A stretch of DNA of 58,834 nucleotides from a virus. Its lineage: Duplodnaviria; Caudoviricetes. Positions 36,701 to 46,179 of the stretch are shown here, piece after piece. The stretch is from IMG/VR virus record IMGVR_UViG_3300044983_000128, positions 1 through 58,834 of that record; one strand, written 5' to 3'. A model generated the notes under the pieces. It ran no database searches, was not told the DNA's origin, and worked only from the letters and a program-made list of their open reading frames with translations. The position numbers and the translations under genes are program-made. Positions within the stretch are counted from its first letter, which is position 1. Every line of letters starts with the position of its first letter.

Positions 36701-39700
36701 GATATGGACGGCGCAGAAGCGGTGGGTGCCCGTTGACGCAAAGCCCGTGAAGATCGAAGGATTCCCGTGGCTCAAAGCGTTCATCCGTAAAGTTGAAGGC
36801 GAGTGGGTCGTGTCGGAGGAAACGAGCGGTTCGTCTATCGGCTCGGCACCTATCCGCGCCGACGCGATAAAGTCAGCCGCTCAACGTGCGGCTACGGCGG
36901 GCGATCAAAGGTTGCGAGAGCTAATCGCTAATGCCAGCAAGACGCTGCCCGGAAAGCCGTCACTCACAGAGCCACCCGCCCCCCCGCCAGCGCCCGGTGC
37001 CGAGCCATCTGAGCAAGCCCGCACCACCCCGGCCACCGACCCTTTTGATCGTGCCCGCCGCGGTGACGACACCGCCTTTGACGATCTCGACGCGCAGTTC
37101 CGCGAAATCTACCCTGAGCCAGAGGAGCAGGCGCATCGCGGTCGCCCTGACCCCAACCAAGTCTATACCGCCAAGCAGTTCGCCGACCGTTTCAACACCG
37201 CTTTTGCCGCACGCGACTTCCAGACCGTACTCGACACGATCAAGGCGACGAGTAACGTGAGCATCTGGAAGCCGTTCCTAAAGGATTTGTTCGCGACTCA
37301 GGCGAAAGACCCAATCGCAGCCAAGAAAGCTGAGTGGTTCCGCCACGTATTCAACGGTACGGTGCCGCCAGACGCCATTCCGCGAGCGCCACGACCAGCT
37401 CCCGCACAACCGCAACCACAGCCAACGCCGAAGCCGCAACCCGGCGCGCAACCCGGCGCGCAACCCAGTGGTGGACCCGGCGCAGGCCCATCGACACCGC
37501 CACCACAGCCACCCGCACCACCACCGCCGCGCATCGAAGTCGAGCCTATCGTCGGCGGTAAAGCCAAGTCGCCATACCAGATCATCGAGGACTTCTCTGC
37601 CGCCATTAAGAAATCTATCCGCGTGCTTCGCCTGAAGCGGAACACCCTTGGCACCTACACGCCCGGTTCGACGCGCACCGCCGAGCGATTCGCTGGCGAC
37701 CTCGACACCGCCGCGCACGAACTGGCCGGCCACTGGACCGATGACCGCTACGGCATCGGTAAGCCGTGGATTGCGCCTCGCGTCCGATCCCCTTACGATG
37801 CCGAACTGGCAAAGTTCTGGATTCACGGTTCCGTTACGCCCACCAGCACGCTCCGTTATCGCCGCGCTGAGGGCATCGCCGAGTTCATCCGCGCTTACGT
37901 CGTCAACCCGGTCAAAGCAAAGGCCGAAGCGCCCAACTTCGCTGCTTATTTCGAGCGCACGCTACCTACCGATGCGCTCAAAGCCATCAACGATTTCGGC
38001 ATCGATGTCCGCACTTGGGCAGGTGAAGACCCGCTTATCCGGGCTGGCCTCAACATCCGCATGGAACCGCCGTCGCTTACTGAGCGCCTATGGAAAGGCA
38101 TCCGTGGCCGCGGATTCGGCTTCGAGATAAATCCTATCGACAAACTGCGCCTGTGGTTCGATGACCCCTATCATTACGCCGTAAAAGCCTTCCATGAAAT
38201 GCGTTCAGTGCGCGGCGGCACGCTGCTGCCGAAGGACAACTTCGAGCTTCAAGCGCGTCTGCTCGCCACGCACGACGCACGTATGTCCGACCAGTTCGAG
38301 AATGGCCTTACGCCATTGCGCCCGACGCAGAGCCGCAGCCCCACTGGCGAACTCGTCGTTGACCGCATCGTTGACCCAGTGACGCGAGAACCCATGTCAA
38401 TGAAGTGGATGCTCGACCCGCTCGACAAGGCCAGCAAAGCGAAGATGAACCAGGATATGCGTGACGCGAGCGCCTATATGGTCGCCCAGCGCACGCTTGA
38501 GAAAGGCGCACAGACCGGGCGAGAGTCTCAGATTTCTGGTATTGGCGCGGGGATAATGACGGACAAGAAAGCCGCGCTCGAACTGCTCAACCGCGTGGCG
38601 CAAGACCCGCCGCGTGAAGCGCGCCTGAAGGAAGCGGCACGCCGTTACCGTCTGTGGGCCGATTCAAATATCGACATGCTGGTGGATTCTGGTCGGTTAA
38701 GCCCTGAACAAGCGCGTGAGATACGAAAGAACAATCAGCAGTACGTGGACATGCACCGTCTCTCGCAGGAGTTCGAGATGGGATTCCGTGGTCAGCACGG
38801 TCGCAATATCGGCACGGCTCGCAATGTCATCAAACGCTTCAAGGGCAGCACGCTTGAACTAGACAATGTTTACTCGAACCTGCTGGAACAGACCGACGCA
38901 ATCCAGAAAGAGGCATTCCGCAACGTGACGATGAACACGTTCACCGACCAGCTCCGCAACGTGCGCGCCTTGCATGGTCCTGACCTTAAGGATTTCGACC
39001 AGTTCGGCACGCGCGTCACCAGCGAGGACAAGAACACCATCCGAGTATTCAAGGACGGCAAAGGTGAGTATTGGAAATTCGATCCCGATATTTACGAATC
39101 CCTCAAGGGACTTGGTGAATTGGGCACACATCCTTTCATTGACCTTGCATCAAAGCCGTCGCAGTTCGTGCGCTACATGATTACGCACGGGCCGCAGTTC
39201 ATCCTTCGCAACACCGTACGCGACACCTTTGAGCGTAGCGTCGTCAGCCGCAGTGGTTCGCGTCCTTGGGACATCCTGCAAGGTTACACGCCCGCCGAGC
39301 TATCGCGTTATGAGGTGTTCGGAGGTGGCCAGTTCGGCAATTACATCGTGGACCGCCATGTGTGGAATCGTGAGTTGAAAAAAGCCGTCGCAGAGATGAG
39401 CAAAGATCCGAAGAACATCTTCCTATCGCCGCTCAAGTTGAAGACCGCATGGGAGCGCCTGTCGGAGAACAGCGAGAAGCTGGGCCGCATCGCTGAGTTT
39501 CGACGTGCCTTCGAGCACGGTCAGAAGCAACTCGGTTACGACGATTACAACGCCGCTCTTTACGCCGCTGGTGAGGCTCGCGGTCTGCTGGACTTTGCCA
39601 AAGCAGGAACGGTAATGCGTTCCATAAATCGCCTCGTGCCGTTCTCCAACGCTCGCATCCGTGGTCTTGCCCGCGCCACGTCCTCAATGGCTGAGAATCC

Positions 39701-40511
39701 CGGCCGATTCGCAATGCGCTGGGGAATGTTTGTCCTCGTGCCGACGCTCGCCAACCTCCTGTGGAACCGTAAGGACAAGGAGACGTGGGACGAATACCAA
39801 CAACTGCCCGCCTACCAGAAGGACTTCTTCTGGAATTTCAAGGTTGGTGATTACTGGTTGCGCGTGCCAAAGCCGCATGAGCTTGGCGTTATGGCTGGTG
39901 GTGTTACCCGCGCCATCGACCGAATGCTGGGCGACAAACGCGCAATGGAGGGCTGGTGGGGCAGCGCCGCCAATGCCGTAACGCCACTGAATACGCCTGT
40001 CGAGAGTACTGGCCCGTTAAGGTCGTTCCTCGAACTCTACTTCAACAAGGACTCGTTCCAAGGGCGCGAGATTGTGCCCGCATGGGAGAAGGATTTGAAG
40101 CTGGAACTTCGTAAAGGCGTCACACACGCCAGCGGTGCAGGTCAAGCCATCGCCAAGGCAATCAACGTCACTGGACTCGGCGTTGACCCGCGCCAAGTAG
40201 ATTACGTGTTGCAGAACTTCGGTGGCCTCGGACAGATTGCGACCGACCTCACACGACGGTCGCCTGGGGAAGCCGCGCTTCGCGCTACGGGCTACATCGC
40301 ACAGAGCCCCGGCGCATCCGCTCGCGACGTTCAATGGGTGTTCAGTTGGGCTCGCGAGAACGGCAAGATGAACGCGGCTTATATCCGAGACCTGACAGCA
40401 TTGCGGAAGCTGGCACTTGATGCTAAGACTGTCGAAGAACGAAATGCGCTCAACAAGCGCCTACGCGAAGCGTCCACCTATCTGCGGAATGCGCTGGAGC
40501 CAACGAAGTAA
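33759..40511 (+). CDS. Large polyvalent ejection protein with metallopeptidase-like and LPD38-like domains
   Basis: 2250 aa; AHELAGH...AEGIAE; C-terminal LDF...VPFSNA...FFWNF...LRVPKPHELG...VDP..VDY. Confidence 0.8.
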   Translation: MPTATNEFGDAVLDAPATNEWGDAVAAPTPVEPTVLPRSPEGWSPVGEETVLTPKQQASTDEIANRLRLKEQIERVESPVSTGLRESALEGVHAVTSPQGLAWGAGLVAAPEVAGPLLFGVTASQVKPTLQEIQRARESGDRAAYYKGIGNLAQLAYVLKGTGRSVTDLRPPLASDLPPIIEQPTVLRPPFRPTPVAPTGPTRLPGRPVPPEAPAPAAAPAPKPAPATETPTLTVPDYDPQGIGARERIKRRQEAGQTRDEAIAGDAADVQSTRDWAEKNTREGDVIETPIGRRYRRDEFGDWYDVFDGKQRGTRIGDPSGLRGGKIVQRGTKVRGSDDAVIVGEESPAPAEAPKPAPPATIEAFNKALGPLVRASMNQKPGDYAPWRALQQWFKDTYGVSDAEAVRYAKEAELAPESSPANAGLFYGLQSRTAPKPAPLTPAEQAAASAPVTTPLTPEELAVIDAKIARGEGLSNEEVTRLKKEASAGLGTAPTTESTAAPAARAEEAPAAPPVEPPKPAVERRWKNLGEGPWDTYEDALQFAENEVGVDYRITQRKNGDWIIETPVVPRGQRKVGQQVATVTPTTPEQLPVSKVTGAVGLSKDLSGGVRVKWTGASGKEYHGVTIGKPKPIKIGGVDTFEVMVEEVGGEQLVDPFGNIDPHARNISHLDIRQLSRDEKNITPKGAPTERQLESPKPAAAPAPAPEPAPGAAEALPPIQRKSPTLGTPEREAIESAFNAADAKRTEAYEKIIKAQGERDKMGRYTNARERKEKQLERLEEAYRKVKADTEEVIQQGIQAHREDRAGDVNPLAAIDAREQLKLISSNDAYNLKKRLLVEEGRRQGLSPAEAESVAIEAITFTAFKPDEPLSKIVEYRTGRTRFETVKREAQREMETVLEESRAAGGYAHRGVSDSRIRQAMSNAHDKAGVDKALAEAKELARERNAETARTTKARADADKERQQRELELARKLQSEGKLFWIWTAQKRWVPVDAKPVKIEGFPWLKAFIRKVEGEWVVSEETSGSSIGSAPIRADAIKSAAQRAATAGDQRLRELIANASKTLPGKPSLTEPPAPPPAPGAEPSEQARTTPATDPFDRARRGDDTAFDDLDAQFREIYPEPEEQAHRGRPDPNQVYTAKQFADRFNTAFAARDFQTVLDTIKATSNVSIWKPFLKDLFATQAKDPIAAKKAEWFRHVFNGTVPPDAIPRAPRPAPAQPQPQPTPKPQPGAQPGAQPSGGPGAGPSTPPPQPPAPPPPRIEVEPIVGGKAKSPYQIIEDFSAAIKKSIRVLRLKRNTLGTYTPGSTRTAERFAGDLDTAAHELAGHWTDDRYGIGKPWIAPRVRSPYDAELAKFWIHGSVTPTSTLRYRRAEGIAEFIRAYVVNPVKAKAEAPNFAAYFERTLPTDALKAINDFGIDVRTWAGEDPLIRAGLNIRMEPPSLTERLWKGIRGRGFGFEINPIDKLRLWFDDPYHYAVKAFHEMRSVRGGTLLPKDNFELQARLLATHDARMSDQFENGLTPLRPTQSRSPTGELVVDRIVDPVTREPMSMKWMLDPLDKASKAKMNQDMRDASAYMVAQRTLEKGAQTGRESQISGIGAGIMTDKKAALELLNRVAQDPPREARLKEAARRYRLWADSNIDMLVDSGRLSPEQAREIRKNNQQYVDMHRLSQEFEMGFRGQHGRNIGTARNVIKRFKGSTLELDNVYSNLLEQTDAIQKEAFRNVTMNTFTDQLRNVRALHGPDLKDFDQFGTRVTSEDKNTIRVFKDGKGEYWKFDPDIYESLKGLGELGTHPFIDLASKPSQFVRYMITHGPQFILRNTVRDTFERSVVSRSGSRPWDILQGYTPAELSRYEVFGGGQFGNYIVDRHVWNRELKKAVAEMSKDPKNIFLSPLKLKTAWERLSENSEKLGRIAEFRRAFEHGQKQLGYDDYNAALYAAGEARGLLDFAKAGTVMRSINRLVPFSNARIRGLARATSSMAENPGRFAMRWGMFVLVPTLANLLWNRKDKETWDEYQQLPAYQKDFFWNFKVGDYWLRVPKPHELGVMAGGVTRAIDRMLGDKRAMEGWWGSAANAVTPLNTPVESTGPLRSFLELYFNKDSFQGREIVPAWEKDLKLELRKGVTHASGAGQAIAKAINVTGLGVDPRQVDYVLQNFGGLGQIATDLTRRSPGEAALRATGYIAQSPGASARDVQWVFSWARENGKMNAAYIRDLTALRKLALDAKTVEERNALNKRLREASTYLRNALEPTK

Positions 40512-40516
40512 AGCCT

Positions 40517-40696
40517 ATGCCAAAAGGAACCAGAGTCAGTAATTGCGTCGAGAAGGTGAAACGCAAGGGCGGCAACGTAAATCCCTACGCTGTCTGCCAA
40601 GCATCCACCGGCCAAAGCTACGCCACCGGCAAGCCGCTTCACGCCAGCGCCGACCGCGCTCGCGCACGGCGCAACGCCAAGCACTGGAACAAATGA
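40517..40696 (+). CDS. 59-aa basic protein (not in ORF track)
   Basis: MPKGTRVSNCVEKVK..NPYAVCQASTG, a recurrent small phage protein pattern; ATGA-coupled to next gene. Confidence 0.65.
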   Translation: MPKGTRVSNCVEKVKRKGGNVNPYAVCQASTGQSYATGKPLHASADRARARRNAKHWNK

Positions 40697-40977
40697 TTTC
40701 CCTTCAACCGACCGAACTGTTCAAGCAGGACGAGGCGCTCGCCCGCTCGTGGCGCGATGAGGTGCGCAAACGCGCATTCCACGAAGCGGCCACCTATTCT
40801 CTGGCTAAGCTCGCGATGGACGGCGCGACCACCGAGCAACTGGCTGGTGCAAAGAAGTTCCTGCAAATATTCATGAACGCCGCCGAACCGGTGGAAGCGA
40901 TAAGCGTTGCCACACCAGCACGATTGGATTATGACGTTGAGGCGAAAGTAGCCGCACGCCACGCAAAGAAAGAATAA
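40693..40977 (+). CDS. Small protein upstream of scaffold
   Basis: MISLQP start at ATGA overlap; helical. Confidence 0.65.
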   Translation: MISLQPTELFKQDEALARSWRDEVRKRAFHEAATYSLAKLAMDGATTEQLAGAKKFLQIFMNAAEPVEAISVATPARLDYDVEAKVAARHAKKE

Positions 40978-40980
40978 GTT

Positions 40981-42249
40981 ATGGCAGTAGAAGCACCTCT
41001 CGCACCCGCTCCTGTAGCCTCAGCCCCGCCACCCAAACCCGCCGCTGCGCCTGCGCCTTCGCCTGCTGCCGCAGCGCCTAAGCCAGCGGCGGCACCGCCT
41101 CCAGCGATTCCGAACAGGCTGGGCGAGCGCAGCAGTTTCTTCTCGGATGAAGATGAGTTGCCAGCAGCGGTGGATGCGGAACAGGATAAGCCTGAACCGG
41201 ATGCCGCACCGCTCAAAGACGACGATGAGACACCGAAGCCCGACGCCAAAGCGGACGACAAGCCAACGGACACGAAGCTCGATGAACCGCAGTACCGCAC
41301 CAATCGGGAACTGAAGAAGGCGTACGAGGCGAACAAGAAAGAGTTGAAGCGCGTGCAGGATGAGCACGCCCAAACACAAGTGCGCCTCGCAGAACTTGAG
41401 CAGGTGGCCAACAACGCCAAGGGCGACACCGGGCCACTCGCTGAACAACTCGCTGCCGCGCAGAAACGCATCGAGGATTACGAGGGCAAGCTGCGTCTTA
41501 CGTCCTACCAGCAGAGCGATGAGTTTCGCACCAAGTATTTCGACCCGTTCAAGCGCGCCGAGACCCGCGCCTTCCGCGACGTGAAGCAGCTCGAATACAT
41601 CGAGGGCATCGACGAGGACACGCAACAGCCGCGTATTCGCCCGGCGACCGACGAGGATTTCATCGAACTTTACAACTTGCCCACCGGCAAAGCCTACGCC
41701 TTCGCCAAGCGCGCCTTTGGCGATTCGGCGCAGCTCATGATGAATCATTACCACGCGCTGCATCAGCAGAAGGAGGACATGGACACGGCTGTTGCAGAAT
41801 ATCGCACTCGTGGCGCTCAGGAAGAACAACAGACCCAAGCTCGCACCGCACAGGAACGCGAAGCCGCCGACCGCATGTGGCGCACGGCCAACCAAGACCT
41901 TCAGTCGAAGTATTTCAAAGAACTGGGCGTGAATCCCGATGACGCTGAGATGAAGGAACTGTTGGGCAAGAGCTACGGCACTGTGGACAAATTGTTCGGC
42001 GGTAATGGAAATCTAACGATGGCCGAGAAGGTCGGGTTGCAGGCGAGCGTGCGCCAACGGGCCGCGCTGTTCGGTGTGACCCGAAAGCAACTGCTCAAGG
42101 CACAGTCGGATCTCGCTGAAGCCAACAAGACCATCGAGGAACTTCGCGGGAGCGGCCCCGGCAAGCCGAAGCCAAAGGCTGATGCTGCGCCGACCGGAAA
42201 GTACAACAGTCTTGAGGAAGAAATGGCGGCGTACCCGATGGAGACGTGA
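40981..42249 (+). CDS. Capsid scaffolding protein
   Basis: P/A-rich then acidic N-terminus, long coiled coil, short C-terminal helix. Confidence 0.75.
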   Translation: MAVEAPLAPAPVASAPPPKPAAAPAPSPAAAAPKPAAAPPPAIPNRLGERSSFFSDEDELPAAVDAEQDKPEPDAAPLKDDDETPKPDAKADDKPTDTKLDEPQYRTNRELKKAYEANKKELKRVQDEHAQTQVRLAELEQVANNAKGDTGPLAEQLAAAQKRIEDYEGKLRLTSYQQSDEFRTKYFDPFKRAETRAFRDVKQLEYIEGIDEDTQQPRIRPATDEDFIELYNLPTGKAYAFAKRAFGDSAQLMMNHYHALHQQKEDMDTAVAEYRTRGAQEEQQTQARTAQEREAADRMWRTANQDLQSKYFKELGVNPDDAEMKELLGKSYGTVDKLFGGNGNLTMAEKVGLQASVRQRAALFGVTRKQLLKAQSDLAEANKTIEELRGSGPGKPKPKADAAPTGKYNSLEEEMAAYPMET

Positions 42250-42276
42250 CGTTAAGTTGCGACACGAAGGAATGAG

Positions 42277-42459
42277 ATGAATGACAAGCATTTCGGTTGG
42301 GGAATGACTCGCAAAAGCTATGTGGTTAAGCATCGCCCTGATGGTTCTGTGTATTGGCTTTGCAGTGACGGCAGAGAAATGGAACCCTTACCACCACCTG
42401 TAATTCTTTCTGACGATGAAGTGAAGGAAATATGGGGTCGAAATGAGATGGAGACATAG
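42277..42459 (+). CDS. Hypothetical protein (cassette-like island)
   Basis: Short ORF in AT-richer insert. Confidence 0.45.
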   Translation: MNDKHFGWGMTRKSYVVKHRPDGSVYWLCSDGREMEPLPPPVILSDDEVKEIWGRNEMET

Positions 42460-42462
42460 CGT

Positions 42463-42738
42463 ATGGATCGAAGCATAGGTTGGGGCACTTCACATAACCG
42501 CGTTACTGACGATGGCGCGAAGCTCATCATCGAAATTGAAACATTCGACTTCGGTATGAGCGAGACGCACCAGAAGCTAGCCAAATGGCGTGCGCTCAAA
42601 GCCGCCACTCGCGCCATTGACGAAGTGGCACGGATGCCGAAAGAGGAAGTGGAGCGCGTTTGGAAAGAAATCGCCGCGCACCACTTTGCACCTTGGAAAT
42701 ATAACGACCAAGCTGAGACACCGGAGAAAAAGATATGA
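42463..42738 (+). CDS. Hypothetical protein (cassette-like island)
   Basis: Ends NDQAETP, read through a decayed attC left arm. Confidence 0.55.
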   Translation: MDRSIGWGTSHNRVTDDGAKLIIEIETFDFGMSETHQKLAKWRALKAATRAIDEVARMPKEEVERVWKEIAAHHFAPWKYNDQAETPEKKI

Positions 42739-43010
42739 GCAATAACCTGAAATCGTGGACCATGCGAGCAATTGGAGCAGCAACGGCATATATGATATGG
42801 TCGTTGTTACAGCGGCGATGGAATCCCCAAACAACCGAAGAAGAACTGTGGATAATAGCAGCAACATTCCTGTTATCGATTCCTCTACTCGTTTTTGCAG
42901 CCATTTTAGTAGCATTGACAGATCCATGGGATTTAACACCTAACGACAAGCTCAGCGACCGGAAGGACGTGCAAGGTACTGGCGAGAAGGCTAAGCCCGG
43001 TTCGCTATAG
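42735..43010 (+). CDS. Hypothetical two-TM protein (cassette-like island)
   Basis: Ends PNDKLSDR, read through the attC site. Confidence 0.55.
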   Translation: MSNNLKSWTMRAIGAATAYMIWSLLQRRWNPQTTEEELWIIAATFLLSIPLLVFAAILVALTDPWDLTPNDKLSDRKDVQGTGEKAKPGSL

Positions 43011-43023
43011 CGATTGGTTAGGG
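42938..43023 (+). mobile_element. Integron attC-like recombination site
   Basis: ACCTAAC-5-GCTCAGC-GACCGG ... CCGGTTC-GCTATAGC-5-GTTAGGG: R''/L''/L'/R' boxes with correct spacing and extrahelical positions. Confidence 0.7.
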
Positions 43024-43050
43024 TATGGATACCCGATGGAGACCTAATGT

Positions 43051-43791
43051 GTGATATGTGTTGCTTTACATTTCTGCACCAAGGATTTCAGCACAATGAT
43101 CGACACCCTGAAGTGGATGGCGTCATTGCATGGAACACTGGAATCTGATGCCCTTTTGGTTTTCCCGTCGGATACATCAACCAAGATTGTCGCGTCTGTT
43201 CACGACGCGGCCAAAGCGGTATTTCAAACTAAAAAACATTCTTATTCATGTCCCGCAAGAGCGGGGTGGCCCCTCGGACCTAATCTGGCATGGCAGGCGA
43301 CTGCGCGGCACATGTTGACCGGGCATGCCCCGTGGCTGTGGCTCGAAGCAGACGCAATACCGATCAAGGCCGATTGGTTGATTCAACTGGAAAAGGTTTA
43401 CGCGCATTGTGGAAAATCATTCATGGGACCAATCGTTCCACACATGGGCCACTGCAACGGCGTGGCCATCTATCCGGCAAACTCCGCGTCGAGATGTCCC
43501 AAAGCAATGGCAGCAACCAATCAGGCGTGGGATTATTTAATGCGAGAGGAGATGATTCATGATTGTCACGACGCGAGCGATTTGATGTTTCACTTTTGGG
43601 GGCTGGTCAACGGACGACCGCACCATCAGAGCGGAAATGCGCCTCACTTTTCCTCCATCAACGATGTTAAGCGTTGGATACCCGAAAGCGCAGTTCTAAT
43701 GCACCGCTGCAAAGACAGAAGCCTCACGAAAATTCTAAATGAAAGTCTCAATCTTAATCGTAAGCTGGTTGCAAGACCTCAAGTGGCTTGA
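43051..43791 (+). CDS. Glycosyltransferase-like protein
   Basis: GWPLGPN, PWLWLEADAIP, GVAIYP, AWD, AVLMHRCKD; paralogue of 21660-22610. Confidence 0.6.
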   Translation: MICVALHFCTKDFSTMIDTLKWMASLHGTLESDALLVFPSDTSTKIVASVHDAAKAVFQTKKHSYSCPARAGWPLGPNLAWQATARHMLTGHAPWLWLEADAIPIKADWLIQLEKVYAHCGKSFMGPIVPHMGHCNGVAIYPANSASRCPKAMAATNQAWDYLMREEMIHDCHDASDLMFHFWGLVNGRPHHQSGNAPHFSSINDVKRWIPESAVLMHRCKDRSLTKILNESLNLNRKLVARPQVA

Positions 43792-44503
43792 GTATTGTCT
43801 TCGGAGCATAACCAAGTTTGCCTCTGGATTTCACCAGACAGTTGTGCTGGTTCCAGAGCAGGAGGTGTCCGAGTTTCGCGCGCAATTACCTTTGTCTAAC
43901 GACGTGAGTTTTGCGACTTATCACCGCACGTCCGACAAATCAAAGTGGCATTTACATCATCAAGTGATGAAGTGCCACGCTGATTTGTGGTGTCCCGATG
44001 CTGACTTCGTTTTACATACGGATAGCGATTGCGTGTTCAGCAATACCGTTACCCCAAGTGATTATTTCATCGAAGAAAAACCCGTGATGCTCATGGAACC
44101 GTATGTAAGGTTGAAGAATAATCCCTGGCAAATTCCAACCCAAAACACGTTGAAACGACTGGTGCCGCACGAATTCATGCGACGGCATCCGCAGGTCAAT
44201 CCTATCTCAGTTTATCCAGGTTTGCGTGAGCGTGTCCGAGAACTTCACGATCAGCCGTTTGACGATTACGTTTTGTCTCTAAAACCGGATTTCCCTTGGG
44301 GGTTCAGCGAACATAATGTCATCGGCGCGTATGCGTGGTTCGAGCATCATGATCAATACCATTGGATTGACGTGAGCAAACAGCCTCGCCCAGCAGACAG
44401 GCTGATTCAGTTTTGGTCTCACGGTCCAATGGATAAACCGCAACAGACACCATTTGGATTGAATCTGACTCCGCGAGCTGTGTTCGATAAACTCAGACTA
44501 TGA
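43739..44503 (+). CDS. GT-A fold glycosyltransferase (DUF6492-like)
   Basis: VSILIVS...CLRSI, HTDSDCVF DxD motif, FSEHN..G. Confidence 0.75.
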   Translation: MKVSILIVSWLQDLKWLEYCLRSITKFASGFHQTVVLVPEQEVSEFRAQLPLSNDVSFATYHRTSDKSKWHLHHQVMKCHADLWCPDADFVLHTDSDCVFSNTVTPSDYFIEEKPVMLMEPYVRLKNNPWQIPTQNTLKRLVPHEFMRRHPQVNPISVYPGLRERVRELHDQPFDDYVLSLKPDFPWGFSEHNVIGAYAWFEHHDQYHWIDVSKQPRPADRLIQFWSHGPMDKPQQTPFGLNLTPRAVFDKLRL

Positions 44504-45054
44504 ACATCACCAAGAATTTGACACACAGAGAATGCCTTGGTTGGTGGCTGAATGAAAATGGTCTGATCGGAGAAGGAGCGGAAATCGGTTCTGCTTTTGG
44601 GCAATTCGCGAATCGAATATTGACGACGTGGCAGGGCAAGAAGCTCTACATGGTAGATCCCTGGAGAGAGCAACCGGATGCTGATTATCCAGAAGCGACA
44701 AATAAGGTAGCTCCTTGGGATGACTGGTATAAATCGTGCGCCAGTATCGCCGAACACGATTCGCGAGCATCGTTGATCCGAAAGCTCTCGTCTGAAGCTG
44801 TGAAAGAGTTTGATTCGTGTTCGCTGGATTTTTGTTACATCGACGCAAACCATGATTATCGAAATGTAATGGAGGATTTGGACACTTGGTTTTCCAAGAT
44901 CAAACCGGGAGGATTACTTGGAGGTCACGATTGTTATGACAACAGCACAGGTGGTCAAAACTGTCATGTGTTTTCGGCGTTGCGCCGGTGGACCAACGAA
45001 CGAAATCTTATCTTCACCGTAACGCCTTGCACGAGCTTCTGGATTTTGAAGTGA
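44500..45054 (+). CDS. Class I SAM methyltransferase (Methyltransf_24-like)
   Basis: GAEIG...VDPW...YIDANHDY...KPGGLLGGHD. Confidence 0.9.
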   Translation: MNITKNLTHRECLGWWLNENGLIGEGAEIGSAFGQFANRILTTWQGKKLYMVDPWREQPDADYPEATNKVAPWDDWYKSCASIAEHDSRASLIRKLSSEAVKEFDSCSLDFCYIDANHDYRNVMEDLDTWFSKIKPGGLLGGHDCYDNSTGGQNCHVFSALRRWTNERNLIFTVTPCTSFWILK

Positions 45055-45752
45055 TAAAACTCATTCAAAACAACGATGGCTACACGTTGGCTGTTCTTAA
45101 AAACGACAGCCACATGAGCACTTGGGTTGAGCAGTGCAAATCTATCGTAACGGACCAGACCGTGCCGCTCTCAATCCTGCCGTTGTTCAAGGAAGGAGCC
45201 ACCGTGGTCGATGCGGGAGCAAACATCGGCACGCACACTGTCGAATACGCGCGCAGAGTTGGACCGAATGGAAAGGTGCTGGCATTTGAGCCGTATATGC
45301 CGTCCTTCGTTTGTCTCGCCGTAAACTGTCGCGACTTTCCGCAGGTGGAATTGTTCAATTATGCGTTGGGCAACTTTCGCGGCACCGCGGGTCTGCGCCT
45401 GCCCGAAGACATAAACATGGGAACGGTGTCCGTGCAGAGGAGCGGCGGCGGCACGTTCGTTCGGCCACTGGACGAGCTGGCGCTAGTCGCATGCGACTTC
45501 ATAAAGATCGACGTGGAAGGTTTCGAGCCGGATGTAATCGACGGAGCCTTACAAACCATAACCCGGTTCAAGCCGGTGCTGTTCGTGGAGCTTAACGACA
45601 GTGCGCTGAGAAGGTATGGCTACAGCAAGAATAGCGTGCTGAAGCCGCTGTTTGACTTGGGCTACACGCTGCACTTCCACGATCCGAAGCACACATTGAA
45701 GGAAGTCCAACTGGACGTGATTATGAAACCGCCGGGCGCCATTGCTTTATGA
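45051..45752 (+). CDS. FkbM-family methyltransferase
   Basis: VDAGANIG, AFEP, LD, FIKIDVEGFE. Confidence 0.92.
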   Translation: MIKLIQNNDGYTLAVLKNDSHMSTWVEQCKSIVTDQTVPLSILPLFKEGATVVDAGANIGTHTVEYARRVGPNGKVLAFEPYMPSFVCLAVNCRDFPQVELFNYALGNFRGTAGLRLPEDINMGTVSVQRSGGGTFVRPLDELALVACDFIKIDVEGFEPDVIDGALQTITRFKPVLFVELNDSALRRYGYSKNSVLKPLFDLGYTLHFHDPKHTLKEVQLDVIMKPPGAIAL

Positions 45753-45976
45753 AAATACTCGTCGTCACATACGAACCGTTCCACGACAACAGCTCTGTGG
45801 TCGGAGCCTTCTCATCACTGGATGCGGTCAAAAAGGCGTTCCCCAACCTCCAATTCTCGACTGAGGGTTATTATGTTAGCGGCCCAGTCGTGGCTCAACA
45901 GGTCATACCTAAAGGCTCCGACGAACTTCTGATCGTTACGGAACTGGAACTGGACGGCGAACCTCTTAACCTATGA
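45749..45976 (+). CDS. Hypothetical protein
   Basis: VVGAFSS...ELELD phage motif; coupled. Confidence 0.6.
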   Translation: MKILVVTYEPFHDNSSVVGAFSSLDAVKKAFPNLQFSTEGYYVSGPVVAQQVIPKGSDELLIVTELELDGEPLNL

Positions 45977-46179
45977 ATACCTGCGACACATGCAAACATT
46001 GGGCTGATACTCGGAAAGACGGCACGCCGTATAAGCCGGATGATGTTCAGCGGTTGTGCAACAATCCGAAAATCGACGGAGCAGATTGTTACGCAGAGGA
46101 TGCGCTGAACTCAAATGCGGATTATGATTATGGCCTCACTACCGGCCCGAAGTTCGGCTGCGTTCATCACGCCACATGA
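45973..46179 (+). CDS. Small Cys-rich phage protein
   Basis: TCDTCKHW...TGPKFGCVHH. Confidence 0.7.
   Translation: MNTCDTCKHWADTRKDGTPYKPDDVQRLCNNPKIDGADCYAEDALNSNADYDYGLTTGPKFGCVHHAT

Noticed and set aside
41020-41895. 291-aa antisense ORF, and similar long antisense ORFs at 26859, 30846, 53704 and 54617
   Set aside because: Shadows of well-supported plus-strand genes in high-GC DNA
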